Source: Rothia sp. (in: high G+C Gram-positive bacteria)
Lineage (GTDB): Bacteria; Actinomycetota; Actinomycetes; Actinomycetales; Micrococcaceae
NCBI GenBank assembly: GCA_030530765.1
Contig: JAUMUH010000001.1
Span: 2,208-66,207 of the forward strand
Length of the DNA stretch: 64,000 nt
Direction of reading: 5' to 3'
Below are positions 38,807 to 47,620 of the stretch, piece by piece. The notes beneath the pieces were generated by a model. It was not told where the DNA came from. It did not search any database and worked only from the letters and a program-made list of their open reading frames with translations. Position 1 is the first letter of the stretch. Each line of letters starts with the position of its first letter. The translations under genes were made by a program, and so were the position numbers.

Positions 38807-38937
38807 GGCAGCTCTTGGCTGAAATCGACCAGACCTTTGCTAATCGCATTGTGACTGTTACCGCTGCTTCCGATGCGGAGGCGGCAGATATTGTCGGTGC
38901 AAATATGCTCATTGACGGCGGTTTCGCCACAGTCTAG
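38807..38937 (+). pseudogene. C-terminal remnant of an SDR oxidoreductase
   Basis: ...ASDAEAADIVGANMLIDGGFATV-stop resembles the SDR terminal motif ASDxAxxITGxxLxVDGG; no Rossmann motif or YxxxK remains. Confidence 0.55.
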
Positions 38938-39035
38938 AGACTCAAGCACAAGGATGCCGCGCCCCACCTTTCTGCTACCGGCAAGGAGGGTGCATGATGT
39001 TCTTTGTTTTAAGTAAAAGTAGATTCTTACCAGTA

Positions 39036-39096
39036 AATACAAAAAATACAAAAGATAAAAAAGGATAAAAATGGTAGCCTGGTTACATACTTACCG
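39036..39096 (+). repeat. 61-bp direct repeat, copy 2 (promoter of the ATPase gene)
   Basis: 58/61 identical to 26930-26990; TAGCCT -10 at 39075-39080. Confidence 0.95.
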
Positions 39097-40247
39097 TGAA
39101 GAACCCCTTTAAAGCATCGCTGGGGGTTACCCCGCCTGCTTTGGTGGGGCGTGAAGAACCCCTTGACGATATTGGCTTTGCTCTTGCGAACGGACCGGGC
39201 ACTAATGAGCGTATTTCTATCTTTACCGGCCCGCGCGGGGTGGGTAAAACTGTGCTACTTAATGCGGTTGAAGATATGGCGCGGGGAATGTCCTGGCGAA
39301 TCTTGACTGAAACAGCCACTCCAGGTTTTACACAGCGCTTGCGTGACGCTGCCTATTTAGAACTTGAGCAGATTAAGTCTCAGCGCAAAGTCAGCCCCAC
39401 GAGTTTTAGCATCTCAGGGTTTGGGGTTAACTGGCAGGCGAAAGAATGGTACACCTCTGAAACCACTTTGAGACGCGTGCTGACGGAGCTCTTTGAAGCA
39501 CAAGAAGAGATTGACCGCCAGCTCAACCAGGAGCCGGTGGGTATTCTTATCACTCTCGATGAGCTGCACCATAGTAATAAAGATGAAGTTATCAGCTTTA
39601 GCGCTACCCTGCAGCACCTTGTGCGTGAAAATCGGAATATCTCGGTGATGATGGCGGGCATTCCTTCAGCGGTAAAACCTCTTCTGGCGGCAGAAAACGG
39701 TGCGAACCCTATTACGTTTCTTAGGCGTGCTAACCATGTTGAATTAGGGCCTGTGTCTGATGCTGATGTGAGGGTTGGGTTGCTTCGCCCGGTTGAGGAA
39801 ACAGAGCTTAGCTGGGAGCCGGCTGCACTTGATATAGCGGTGGACGCTTGTGGCGGCTACCCCTTTCAAATTCAGCTGGTGGGGCAGTGGAGCTTTCAGA
39901 CAGCCCTGCGCAGTGATTCACGGGTGATAACCGTTGAGGCAGCGCAGAGCGGTATTGCGAAGGCTCTGAGAAAGCTGGGGCAGCTGGTGCATAACCCGGC
40001 GCTAGAGGATCTTTCTGATACAGACCGCACCTTCCTTGCTGCTATGGCTTGTGACGATGGGCCGTCTTACATTAATGATATTGCCAGGCGTATGGATGTT
40101 TCGGCTCAGTATGCCGGCATTTACCGCCGTCGTCTTATTGACGCTGAGATGGTGAGGGTTGTTAAAACTGCTTATGTGGATTTCACCCTGCCTTATATGC
40201 GGGAGTACCTGCGGGAGCACACCGTGGTAGAAGGCATTGAGTGCTAG
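39096..40247 (+). CDS. AAA family ATP-binding protein with a C-terminal winged-helix-like region
   Basis: NPF...PP.LVGRE, Walker A GPRGVGKT, Walker B ITLDELH, GGYPFQIQL, YRRRLIDAE. Confidence 0.85.
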   Translation: MKNPFKASLGVTPPALVGREEPLDDIGFALANGPGTNERISIFTGPRGVGKTVLLNAVEDMARGMSWRILTETATPGFTQRLRDAAYLELEQIKSQRKVSPTSFSISGFGVNWQAKEWYTSETTLRRVLTELFEAQEEIDRQLNQEPVGILITLDELHHSNKDEVISFSATLQHLVRENRNISVMMAGIPSAVKPLLAAENGANPITFLRRANHVELGPVSDADVRVGLLRPVEETELSWEPAALDIAVDACGGYPFQIQLVGQWSFQTALRSDSRVITVEAAQSGIAKALRKLGQLVHNPALEDLSDTDRTFLAAMACDDGPSYINDIARRMDVSAQYAGIYRRRLIDAEMVRVVKTAYVDFTLPYMREYLREHTVVEGIEC

Positions 40248-40329
40248 AAAAAACCCGCCGCCCCTGCTTTTCCTATTAGACGGGACGGCGGGGCGTAGCT
40301 CACCGTGGAGGGGGTGGGGGATGGCGGGC

Positions 40330-40345
40330 TCATCCCACGGTATGA
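40330..40345. promoter_or_regulatory. 7-2-7 inverted repeat, candidate NarL/LuxR-type response regulator site
   Basis: TCATCCC-ac-GGTATGA, one mismatch, upstream of the ABC permease remnant. Confidence 0.45.
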
Positions 40346-40444
40346 TTTCCGGTTTCCTTGACGGTAACCCACCCCTATTTTGTGTGTGACACCTTACACT
40401 TGTGGGTAAGGCACACCTTTATTCACCCATGAAAGGGGTCATCA

Positions 40445-40588
40445 ATGCTCGGTGCCATGGTCTTCCCGCCGCTGACCGTCGTCCTGCTGGCGCTGGGCTT
40501 CTCACTGGCAATCGGGCTTTTCTTTGGCTACTACCCCGCCAACAAGGCAGCCAAGCTCGACCCCATCGATGCCCTGCGCTACGAGTAG
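40445..40588 (+). pseudogene. 47-codon C-terminal remnant of a MacB/FtsX-type ABC permease
   Basis: [47 protein letters not shown]-stop; GAAAGGGG RBS 6 nt upstream; not in the ORF track. Confidence 0.85.
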
Positions 40589-40611
40589 GCAGATATACGC
40601 GAGGAAGGACT

Positions 40612-42261
40612 TTATTTGATGGTCTCACCAATCTTGAGGTGGACGACGGAGGGCCCCTTGGTTGCCAGTGCCTTCTGCACAGTTTCAGCCAGGGTGCTCA
40701 TGGTGGCGGTGTAGCCGGTTGCACCGAAGCCCTCTGCCAGCTTGACCCAGTTAGGCTGCACCAGGTCAACAGCAACGGGGGCGATGCCGCGGTCACGCTC
40801 ATTCTGGCGAATCTCGCCGTAGCCGCCGTTCTCAACACAGATAATGGGTAGGTCAAGCTGCTGCTCAACTGCGGTCATCAGCTCCTGGATAGCGAACATG
40901 AGCGCACCATCGCCCAGCAGGCAGACCACCGGGCGGTTAGGGGCGGCAACCTTAGCGCCCACTGCCGCAGGTAGGCCGTAACCCAGGGTGGCGTAGGTTG
41001 CCATATAGAGCAGGGAATTAGGCTTGGGTGCACGGTAGAAGGTGGTAGTGCCCATGTAGGTTACCTGGGAGGAGTCACCGGCGATGATGGTGTCCTCCGG
41101 CAGAATCTCCATAATCTTCTCGTTGAGCTCAGCCAGCTCGGGGGCAATGGCACGCCCCTCTTCGTCCAGGGCATCAAAGACGCTCTGCAAATCACGCTCG
41201 GGGCGGGAGCCCTGCGCCAGACCCAGCTCCGCCAGGGCGTCCAGCAGCTGGGGGATAATCGCCTTAGAGTTACCCGGCAGCTCAATATCGGGGGTGATGT
41301 TAGTGAGCATCTGGTCGCGGGTGATATCTACGCGAATGACGGGGCCAGCCGGGCGAATGTCACCACCCCAGAGCTCAGCTTCACCAATCTTAGAGCCGAT
41401 AATCAGCATGGCATCGGCATCACGGCAGAACTCGTGCGCGGCGTTCAGGCGCAGGTCAGCACCCAGTGAGAGGCGGTGCTTTTCAGGGATAGCACCCTTA
41501 CCGTTGACTGAGGTAATAACGGGTGCCTCCAGTAGTTCAGCTAGGCGCAGCAGGTCGGCTGCCGCAGCGATAGAACCGCCACCTGCCACGATGATGGGGC
41601 GCTTGGCGTCCGCCAGCATACGGGCTGCCTCACGGACGTCCTCAATGGGGGCAGGGGCAGGCTTGGCGATGGGGCGCGCCTGCAAAATTGCCGGGTCAAG
41701 CTCAACTTCCCGCTCGAGGACGTCCAGCGGCACCTCAATGTGGATGGGGCGGGGGCGGTTGTGGGCGAAGGAGCGGAAGGCGTTATGGATGATGTCCACC
41801 GCCTCTTCGGCGGAGTTGACGCGGCGTGAGAACTCAACAATGGAGTTGACCGCGCCCGTGGGGTTCTTGGTTTCGTGCAGGGCTCCGATATCGCGGAACT
41901 CCTGGCCGACGGGACGCCCGGGGGAAAGGACGATCATGGGGCGGGACTCAGCGTAAGCAGTTGCCGCGCCCGAGAGGGAGTTGAGCAGGCCGGGGCCTGA
42001 GGTGGTGATGACGACGCCGGGCAGCCCGCGGGTCAGTGACCAGCCGTCCGCGCCGTAGGAGGCGCCCTGCTCGTGGCGGGTGGTGACGGGGTGAATACCC
42101 AGCTCTTCCAGGTGGCGGTAGAACTCTAGGTTGTGGGTGCCGGGAATGCCGAAAACGGTGTCGATGCCGTAGCTGCGCAGGGTTGCCAGAATGGCGTAGC
42201 CTGCGTTGCGGCGCGGCTGGGTGGTTTCGCTAGAGCGGTCAGGAAGGGAGGGGTGTTTCAC
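40612..42261 (-). CDS. TPP-dependent decarboxylase, 2-ketoarginine decarboxylase (AruI)-like
   Basis: YGIDTVFGIPGTHNLEFY, TRHEQGA, GALHE, YATLGYGLPAAVGAK, GDGA..N TPP motif. Confidence 0.8.
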   Translation of the reverse strand: MKHPSLPDRSSETTQPRRNAGYAILATLRSYGIDTVFGIPGTHNLEFYRHLEELGIHPVTTRHEQGASYGADGWSLTRGLPGVVITTSGPGLLNSLSGAATAYAESRPMIVLSPGRPVGQEFRDIGALHETKNPTGAVNSIVEFSRRVNSAEEAVDIIHNAFRSFAHNRPRPIHIEVPLDVLEREVELDPAILQARPIAKPAPAPIEDVREAARMLADAKRPIIVAGGGSIAAAADLLRLAELLEAPVITSVNGKGAIPEKHRLSLGADLRLNAAHEFCRDADAMLIIGSKIGEAELWGGDIRPAGPVIRVDITRDQMLTNITPDIELPGNSKAIIPQLLDALAELGLAQGSRPERDLQSVFDALDEEGRAIAPELAELNEKIMEILPEDTIIAGDSSQVTYMGTTTFYRAPKPNSLLYMATYATLGYGLPAAVGAKVAAPNRPVVCLLGDGALMFAIQELMTAVEQQLDLPIICVENGGYGEIRQNERDRGIAPVAVDLVQPNWVKLAEGFGATGYTATMSTLAETVQKALATKGPSVVHLKIGETIK

Positions 42262-42380
42262 CGAGGGAGCCTTTCGTAAGTTTTCTTCCGCTTTAGCTTA
42301 CGGGGTTGCTGTGTAGATGTGCGGGATATTCACCCCTGAAATGTTATGCAGCCCACAGTATGTTTATCCTGCTTTAAAAG

Positions 42381-42449
42381 CGTTTGCCTTATATTTGTCT
42401 GAAGTTCCACAGATTATCTGGAGGCATTCAGCCAAATGTAAGGCAAACG
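42381..42449. repeat. 69-bp palindromic element, copy A
   Basis: cgtttgccttatatttgtctgaa-N23-ttcagccaaatgtaaggcaaacg; homologous to 59628-59696. Confidence 0.9.
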
Positions 42450-42477
42450 GGTTGGGCGGTGGGGTAGGACGTCGGGG

Positions 42478-43911
42478 CTAGCCCTGCTTGCGCGAGGCGA
42501 GGCGGGCGTCCCAAGCCTTCATGACCTCGGGTGCAGTGGGCTTAGTAGCAAAAGAAGCAACCACATATACCAGTAGAGAAGATGCTAGGCCGTAGTAGAT
42601 AGGCTCGTTAGCCAGTACGCCAAAGATTGGCATGCATGCGAGAGTAGCAACAGAGCCAACCAGCATAGAAGCAGCCGCTGCGATGCCGGTGCCACGGCGC
42701 CAGAGCAGACCGCCCAGAATAGCAACCATCAGACCGCCTACCAGAATGTCGTATGCAATGGTTAGTGAAGTAACTGTATCGGTCAAGAAAATAGCTAGAC
42801 CGGTTACTGCAAGACCAATAACCAGTAAGTAGGTGCGGTCTGCCTTAAGTGCTTCATCAGAGTCGCCGCCTTCTTCCTCGATGGCAGGTTTGCCAGTTAG
42901 GAAGGGCAGGACGTCTACGCGCGCCACTGTAGCGGCTGCGATAAGAGCGCCGGAGGCGGTAGACATCATAGCGGCAACACCCGCTGCGAGAACGATACCC
43001 CCAAGCCCCACGGGCAGGAAGTTCTGCGCGACGGTCGCAAAGGCGTCGTCCTTGCTCTCAAGCCCGGGAGCCAGCACGGCTGCTGCCATGCCAATCACCG
43101 CACCGGCTACACCGTAGAGGGCGATATAGATACCAGAGGCGGTTCCACCCCAGCGGGCAACTTCGGGTGAGCGGGCTGAGAAAACGCGCTGCCAGATATC
43201 CTGACCCACCAGCACACCCAGGGTGTAAATGACAAACATGGTGATGATTGAATCTGTGCCCATGGTGCCTAATTGGAAATACTCAGCTGATAGGCGCTCA
43301 GTTAGGCCACTCCAGCCGCCCGCTTGAGAGAGGGAGAGCGGTAGCATGAGCAAGAAGATGCCTACTGTCATAATGGCAAACTGCATCATGTCGGTCAGGG
43401 TAATTGACCACATGCCACCCAGTAGGGAGTAACCAATAACAACCAGGGAACCTAGCAGGATGGCAAGGGAGCGGTCCATGTCAAACATGACACGGAAAAT
43501 AGAAGCATAGGCGGCGGTTGAGGTTACTGCAATCATGACGGTGTAAGCCAGCATCACAACAGAAGATACCTGGGTGGCGCGCACCCCGTAACGCAGAGAC
43601 AGCATCTGCGAGACGGTGTAAATCTTCAGCTTAGAAATGATGGGCGCAAAGATAAGCGACAGCAGTATGACGCCAGCGGCTATAGCAACAACAAGCCACA
43701 TGCCTGAGATGCCAAATTTATAACCTAGACCAACGCCGCCTACTGTTGAGGCTCCGCCGAGGACGACGGCGCTCATGGTACCGGTGTAGAGCAGGGGGCC
43801 CAGGCGGCGGCCAGCTACGCGAAAGTCTTCTGTGTTCTTGGCGCGGCGTTTGCCAAGGTAGCCAAAGAGAATAAGAGCCGCCAAATAAAGAAGGATAATG
43901 AAGAGGTTCAT
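42478..43911 (-). CDS. Sodium:solute symporter family protein
   Basis: DFRVAGRRLG, LGGASTVGG, GGMWSITLTD, GQDIWQRVF, AAMMSTASG. Confidence 0.92.
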   Translation of the reverse strand: MNLFIILLYLAALILFGYLGKRRAKNTEDFRVAGRRLGPLLYTGTMSAVVLGGASTVGGVGLGYKFGISGMWLVVAIAAGVILLSLIFAPIISKLKIYTVSQMLSLRYGVRATQVSSVVMLAYTVMIAVTSTAAYASIFRVMFDMDRSLAILLGSLVVIGYSLLGGMWSITLTDMMQFAIMTVGIFLLMLPLSLSQAGGWSGLTERLSAEYFQLGTMGTDSIITMFVIYTLGVLVGQDIWQRVFSARSPEVARWGGTASGIYIALYGVAGAVIGMAAAVLAPGLESKDDAFATVAQNFLPVGLGGIVLAAGVAAMMSTASGALIAAATVARVDVLPFLTGKPAIEEEGGDSDEALKADRTYLLVIGLAVTGLAIFLTDTVTSLTIAYDILVGGLMVAILGGLLWRRGTGIAAAASMLVGSVATLACMPIFGVLANEPIYYGLASSLLVYVVASFATKPTAPEVMKAWDARLASRKQG

Positions 43912-44224
43912 AGGGTGCCTTCGAGACAGGGAAAATATGTGGTGCAGAAAATTGTACCCTGCCTCATATTTTTTATCTTTCGTCCTGAAAACTTATGCAC
44001 CCCACTCCCGCCCATCTCTGCTGTAAACACTAGCTAACCGGCATAGCTTTACCCCTACCTGAATAAGTATGGGCAGGGGCCTCAGAAAACCCCACCCACC
44101 TGCCTCCCAAGGGCACAAGGGGCGGCTAAAGTGGTAGTGATTAAGTGCGCTCGCCCACACACCACTGTGAGGGCACCCGCTCAAGCCCCGGCGTCCTTAC
44201 CGCCCCAAAACAACAGGAGAAACC

Positions 44225-45292
44225 ATGGCAGAAGCCTTCTTCTCGGCAGCCCCCAGCCGCGTCATTGCCACCGGTGCTGACGGCGTAGAACGCCTTGGCC
44301 CCGTCAATGCTGCCGAGGTGCCCCGCTGGGCAGGCCTGGCAACCTTCGCACGCCTACCCCGCCTGGACGAGGTAGAAAAAGCCGACATCGTCGTGGCAGG
44401 TATGCCCTGGGATTCCGGTGTATCTTACCGCCCCGGAGCCCGCTTCGGTGCCAACTATGTGCGTGAATCCTCCCGCCTGCTGCGCCCCTTCAACCCCGCC
44501 GCCAACATCTCCCCCTTCAAAGAAGCCCAGGTGGCAGACGCCGGCGACCTGATTGGCAACCCCTTCAACATTGAAGAAGCCCTCGAAATGCTAGAGGCAG
44601 GTGCCCACGAACTCACCAAGGATGGCACCAAACTGGTCACTATCGGCGGCGACCACACCATCGTCCTGGCAAACCTGCGTAACCTCGCTAAGAAGCACGG
44701 CAAAATCGCCCTGCTGCACTTCGACGCCCACCTAGACACCTGGGACACCTACTTCGGCGCTGAATACACCCACGGAACCCCCTTCCGCCGCGCCTTTGAA
44801 GAAGACATCCTCGACACCGACGCCCTCTGCCATGTTGGTACCCGCGCCCCCCTCTACGGCACCGAAGACCTGGACGACGACAAGCGCTTCGGCTTCGGCA
44901 TCGTCTCATCAGCAGACGTCTACTACCTGGGCGTCGCCAAGGTCATCGAACTGCTGCGCGAACGTATCGGCGACCGCCCCCTCTACATCTCCATTGACAT
45001 TGACGTACTCGACCCCGCCCACGCACCCGGCACCGGCACCCCCGAACCCGGCGGTATGACCAGCCGCGAACTCCTAGAGATCCTGCGCGGGCTGCGCGGG
45101 CTCAACATCGTAGGCTCCGAAGTCGTTGAGGTTTCCCCGCCCTACGACCACGCCGAACTAACCGGCATGGCAGCCGCCCACGTCGTCTACGAACTCATCT
45201 GCCTGCACGCCACCGGCGTAAACGCCGAACCCACCTCACCGGCCTACGGCGAAGCAGAGGTCACCTACGGCGGTAAGACTAAGGAGGCATAA
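44225..45292 (+). CDS. Ureohydrolase: guanidinobutyrase/agmatinase
   Basis: [38 protein letters not shown]; resembles Arthrobacter guanidinobutyrase as recalled. Confidence 0.9.
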   Translation: MAEAFFSAAPSRVIATGADGVERLGPVNAAEVPRWAGLATFARLPRLDEVEKADIVVAGMPWDSGVSYRPGARFGANYVRESSRLLRPFNPAANISPFKEAQVADAGDLIGNPFNIEEALEMLEAGAHELTKDGTKLVTIGGDHTIVLANLRNLAKKHGKIALLHFDAHLDTWDTYFGAEYTHGTPFRRAFEEDILDTDALCHVGTRAPLYGTEDLDDDKRFGFGIVSSADVYYLGVAKVIELLRERIGDRPLYISIDIDVLDPAHAPGTGTPEPGGMTSRELLEILRGLRGLNIVGSEVVEVSPPYDHAELTGMAAAHVVYELICLHATGVNAEPTSPAYGEAEVTYGGKTKEA

Positions 45293-45294
45293 AA

Positions 45295-46566
45295 ATGAGC
45301 AAAATCGCTGAACTCCTGGCAGAAGCCAGCCCCGCCGAAGCCCGCCTCATGCAGCACTTCGCTGACCGCGCCGCAGGGTTCCGTCCCTCCGCCGTCCGCG
45401 ATGTTTTCGAGGTGGCAATGCGCCCCGGCATCATCTCCCTAGCAGGCGGCAACCCCGACCTCGACCTGCTGCCCCTAGACACTCTGGGTGCAATGAGCGC
45501 CCGCATCATCGAAGAAGAGGGGCTGGACGTTCTGCAGTACGGCTCTGGTGCCGGCCTTGAAGAGCTAGCTGAACTGGTCTGCGAATTCATGGGATCCGAA
45601 GGGCTAAGCCCGGCGGTGGACGACATTCAGATGACCGCAGGCTCCCAAATGGGCCTAGACCTTGCCACCAAACTCTTCGTCAATCCCGGCGACGTCGTCC
45701 TGGCAGAAGGGCCCACCTACACCGGCGCCCTGGGCGTCTTTGAGGGCTACCAGGCGGACGTCCGCCAGGTCGCTCTGGATGCAGACGGGCTAGACCCCGA
45801 AGCCGTACGCACCACTGTTGAAGCGATCCGCGCTGAAGGTAAAGAGGTTAAGTTCCTCTACACTATCCCCAACTTCCAGAACCCCACCGGCATCTCCCTC
45901 TCGGACGATCGCCGCGAGGCACTGGTGCGCATCTGCCGCGACCTCAACCTGCTCATCGTTGAGGACAACCCCTACGGGCAGCTCTCCTTTGATGGTTCCC
46001 GCCGCCGCTCCCTCTACTCCTACGACCCTGAGAACGTGCTCTACCTTGGCTCCTTCTCTAAGGTCTTCTCACCCGGCGTGCGCGTAGGCTGGATGGTTGC
46101 CCCCTTCCGCGTGCGCAAGTTCCTGCAGATTGCCGGTGAAGCGGTCACCATCTGCCCCTCCGTTCTCTCACAGCGCCTGGTGCTGGGCTTCATGAGCGAA
46201 GGTCTCTGGGAACCCCACACCCGCAAAACTGCCGCGCTCTACCAGCAGCGCTGCCAGGCAGTACTGGACGCCTGCGAAAAGTATATGCCCGAAGGCACCA
46301 CCTGGACTATTCCTACCGGCGGCTTCTTCACCTGGCTGACTCTGCCGTCCGGCTGCAAGTACGAGGACGCCACAGACGCCCTCGCCCCCGCCATTGACGC
46401 AGGCGTGGTCTTCATCCCAGGCTCCGCCTTCTACGAGCCGGTTATCGGTGAGGACGGCGTGGCACACAACCCCGGCGTCAACCAGCTACGCATCGCCTTC
46501 TCAGCCGTTGAACCCGAGGTGCTGACCGAGGGCGTGAAGCGTCTGGCGCAGGTGCTCAAGGGCTAG
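45295..46566 (+). CDS. PLP-dependent class I/II aminotransferase (LysN/ARO8-like)
   Basis: ISLAGGNP, LQYG, IPNFQNPTG, EDNPY, GSFSKVFSPGVRVGW; starts 2 nt after the ureohydrolase stop. Confidence 0.9.
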   Translation: MSKIAELLAEASPAEARLMQHFADRAAGFRPSAVRDVFEVAMRPGIISLAGGNPDLDLLPLDTLGAMSARIIEEEGLDVLQYGSGAGLEELAELVCEFMGSEGLSPAVDDIQMTAGSQMGLDLATKLFVNPGDVVLAEGPTYTGALGVFEGYQADVRQVALDADGLDPEAVRTTVEAIRAEGKEVKFLYTIPNFQNPTGISLSDDRREALVRICRDLNLLIVEDNPYGQLSFDGSRRRSLYSYDPENVLYLGSFSKVFSPGVRVGWMVAPFRVRKFLQIAGEAVTICPSVLSQRLVLGFMSEGLWEPHTRKTAALYQQRCQAVLDACEKYMPEGTTWTIPTGGFFTWLTLPSGCKYEDATDALAPAIDAGVVFIPGSAFYEPVIGEDGVAHNPGVNQLRIAFSAVEPEVLTEGVKRLAQVLKG

Positions 46567-46580
46567 AGTGCTGCGCCAGT

Positions 46581-46644
46581 AAAGTCCCGTGAAAGTTTAA
46601 AAACACCGTACTAGTACGGTGTTTTGAAACTTTCACGGGACTTT
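46581..46644. repeat. 64-bp loopless near-perfect palindrome (may also terminate transcription)
   Basis: aaagtcccgtgaaagtttaaaaacaccgtact / agtacggtgttttgaaactttcacgggacttt; 32-bp arms, one mismatch. Confidence 0.95.
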
Positions 46645-46731
46645 TTGTGTGAGGGTGCGGGCAGGACGCCGGGCTGCGGCACCACTGCCTGCTGTAACCT
46701 GCCGTTCAGCTGAAAGGGGCACAATGGGTTC

Positions 46732-47443
46732 ATGATCTATTTTGCGCACCGTGGCCTCTCTAGCAGCTACCCCGAAAATACCCTGGCAGCCTTCAGGGCA
46801 GCAGCAGATGCCGGCTTCACCTGGGTTGAAACCGATGTTGACCTGGCTGCCTGCGGCACCGCCGTCCTGCTGCACGATACCGACCTTGACCGCACCACCA
46901 ACCTGACCGGCTCCCTCTACACCTACACCGCCGCACAGCTACAGCAGGCGGACGCCGGTGCCTGGTTCTCACCCCAAATGGCGGGGGAGCCCGTGCCCAC
47001 TCTGGCTCAGCTCATCACCTTAGCCAATGAGCGCCAGCTCAATCTCAACATCGAACTGAAGTCCAACGAGCAGGGGGCAGAACGCTCCCTTCAACTGCTC
47101 GATGCGGTCATCAGTGACCTCAAAAAACTAGACCCCGCCCGCGCTGTCCTGGTCTCTTCTTTCAACCACCTGCTGCTGGCGGAGTTCAAACGCCGCGCCC
47201 CCCCACCATCGCACTGCCGCCCTCTTTACCGCTGAAACCTTTCAGCCTGACTGGCGTTCCATTCTTGAGCTGGCGCAGGCAGACGCCGCTCACCTCGAAG
47301 ACCGCAACCTCATCCGCCAGCAAATCCAAGGTCTGCGGGCAGCCGGCTATGAGGTCAACATCTGGACGGTCAACAGCCGCGCTCGCGCCAACCAGCTCAA
47401 GAACTGGGGTGCCAGTGGAATCTTCACCGACTACGCCCTCTAG
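46732..47443 (+). pseudogene. Glycerophosphodiester phosphodiesterase frameshifted at a C7 run (47198-47204)
   Basis: AHRG, PENTLAAF, VETDV, HD, NIELK; removing one C gives ...APHHRTAALF...GYEVNIWTVN...WGASGIFTDYAL-stop, 236 aa. Confidence 0.85.
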
Positions 47444-47509
47444 GTAGAAGTAGTTGTGTCGGGCAAATCTCAGCGCAGTTTTTGCCCCACCTCAAACCCA
47501 TAAAAATGC

Positions 47510-47531
47510 GGATGCCGCGCCCCGCCGTCCT
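47510..47531 (+). repeat. Full-length copy of the dispersed motif (ggatgccgcgccccgccgtcct)
   Basis: Matches 2308-2329, a degenerate copy at 38952-38973 and a reverse copy at 46663-46684. Confidence 0.85.
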
Positions 47532-47620
47532 GCTTTGTAGCAGGCAAAAGCAGAGCTGCAACCTTAAGAAAACTCGTTTGAAACCTGCGCGTAACCTTAG
47601 CCGTTGTAGACTGGTATTCC

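Noticed and set aside
42342-42357. CRP/GlxR-like site tgtta-N6-ccaca
   Set aside because: Only 8/10 match, single instance; too weak to call.
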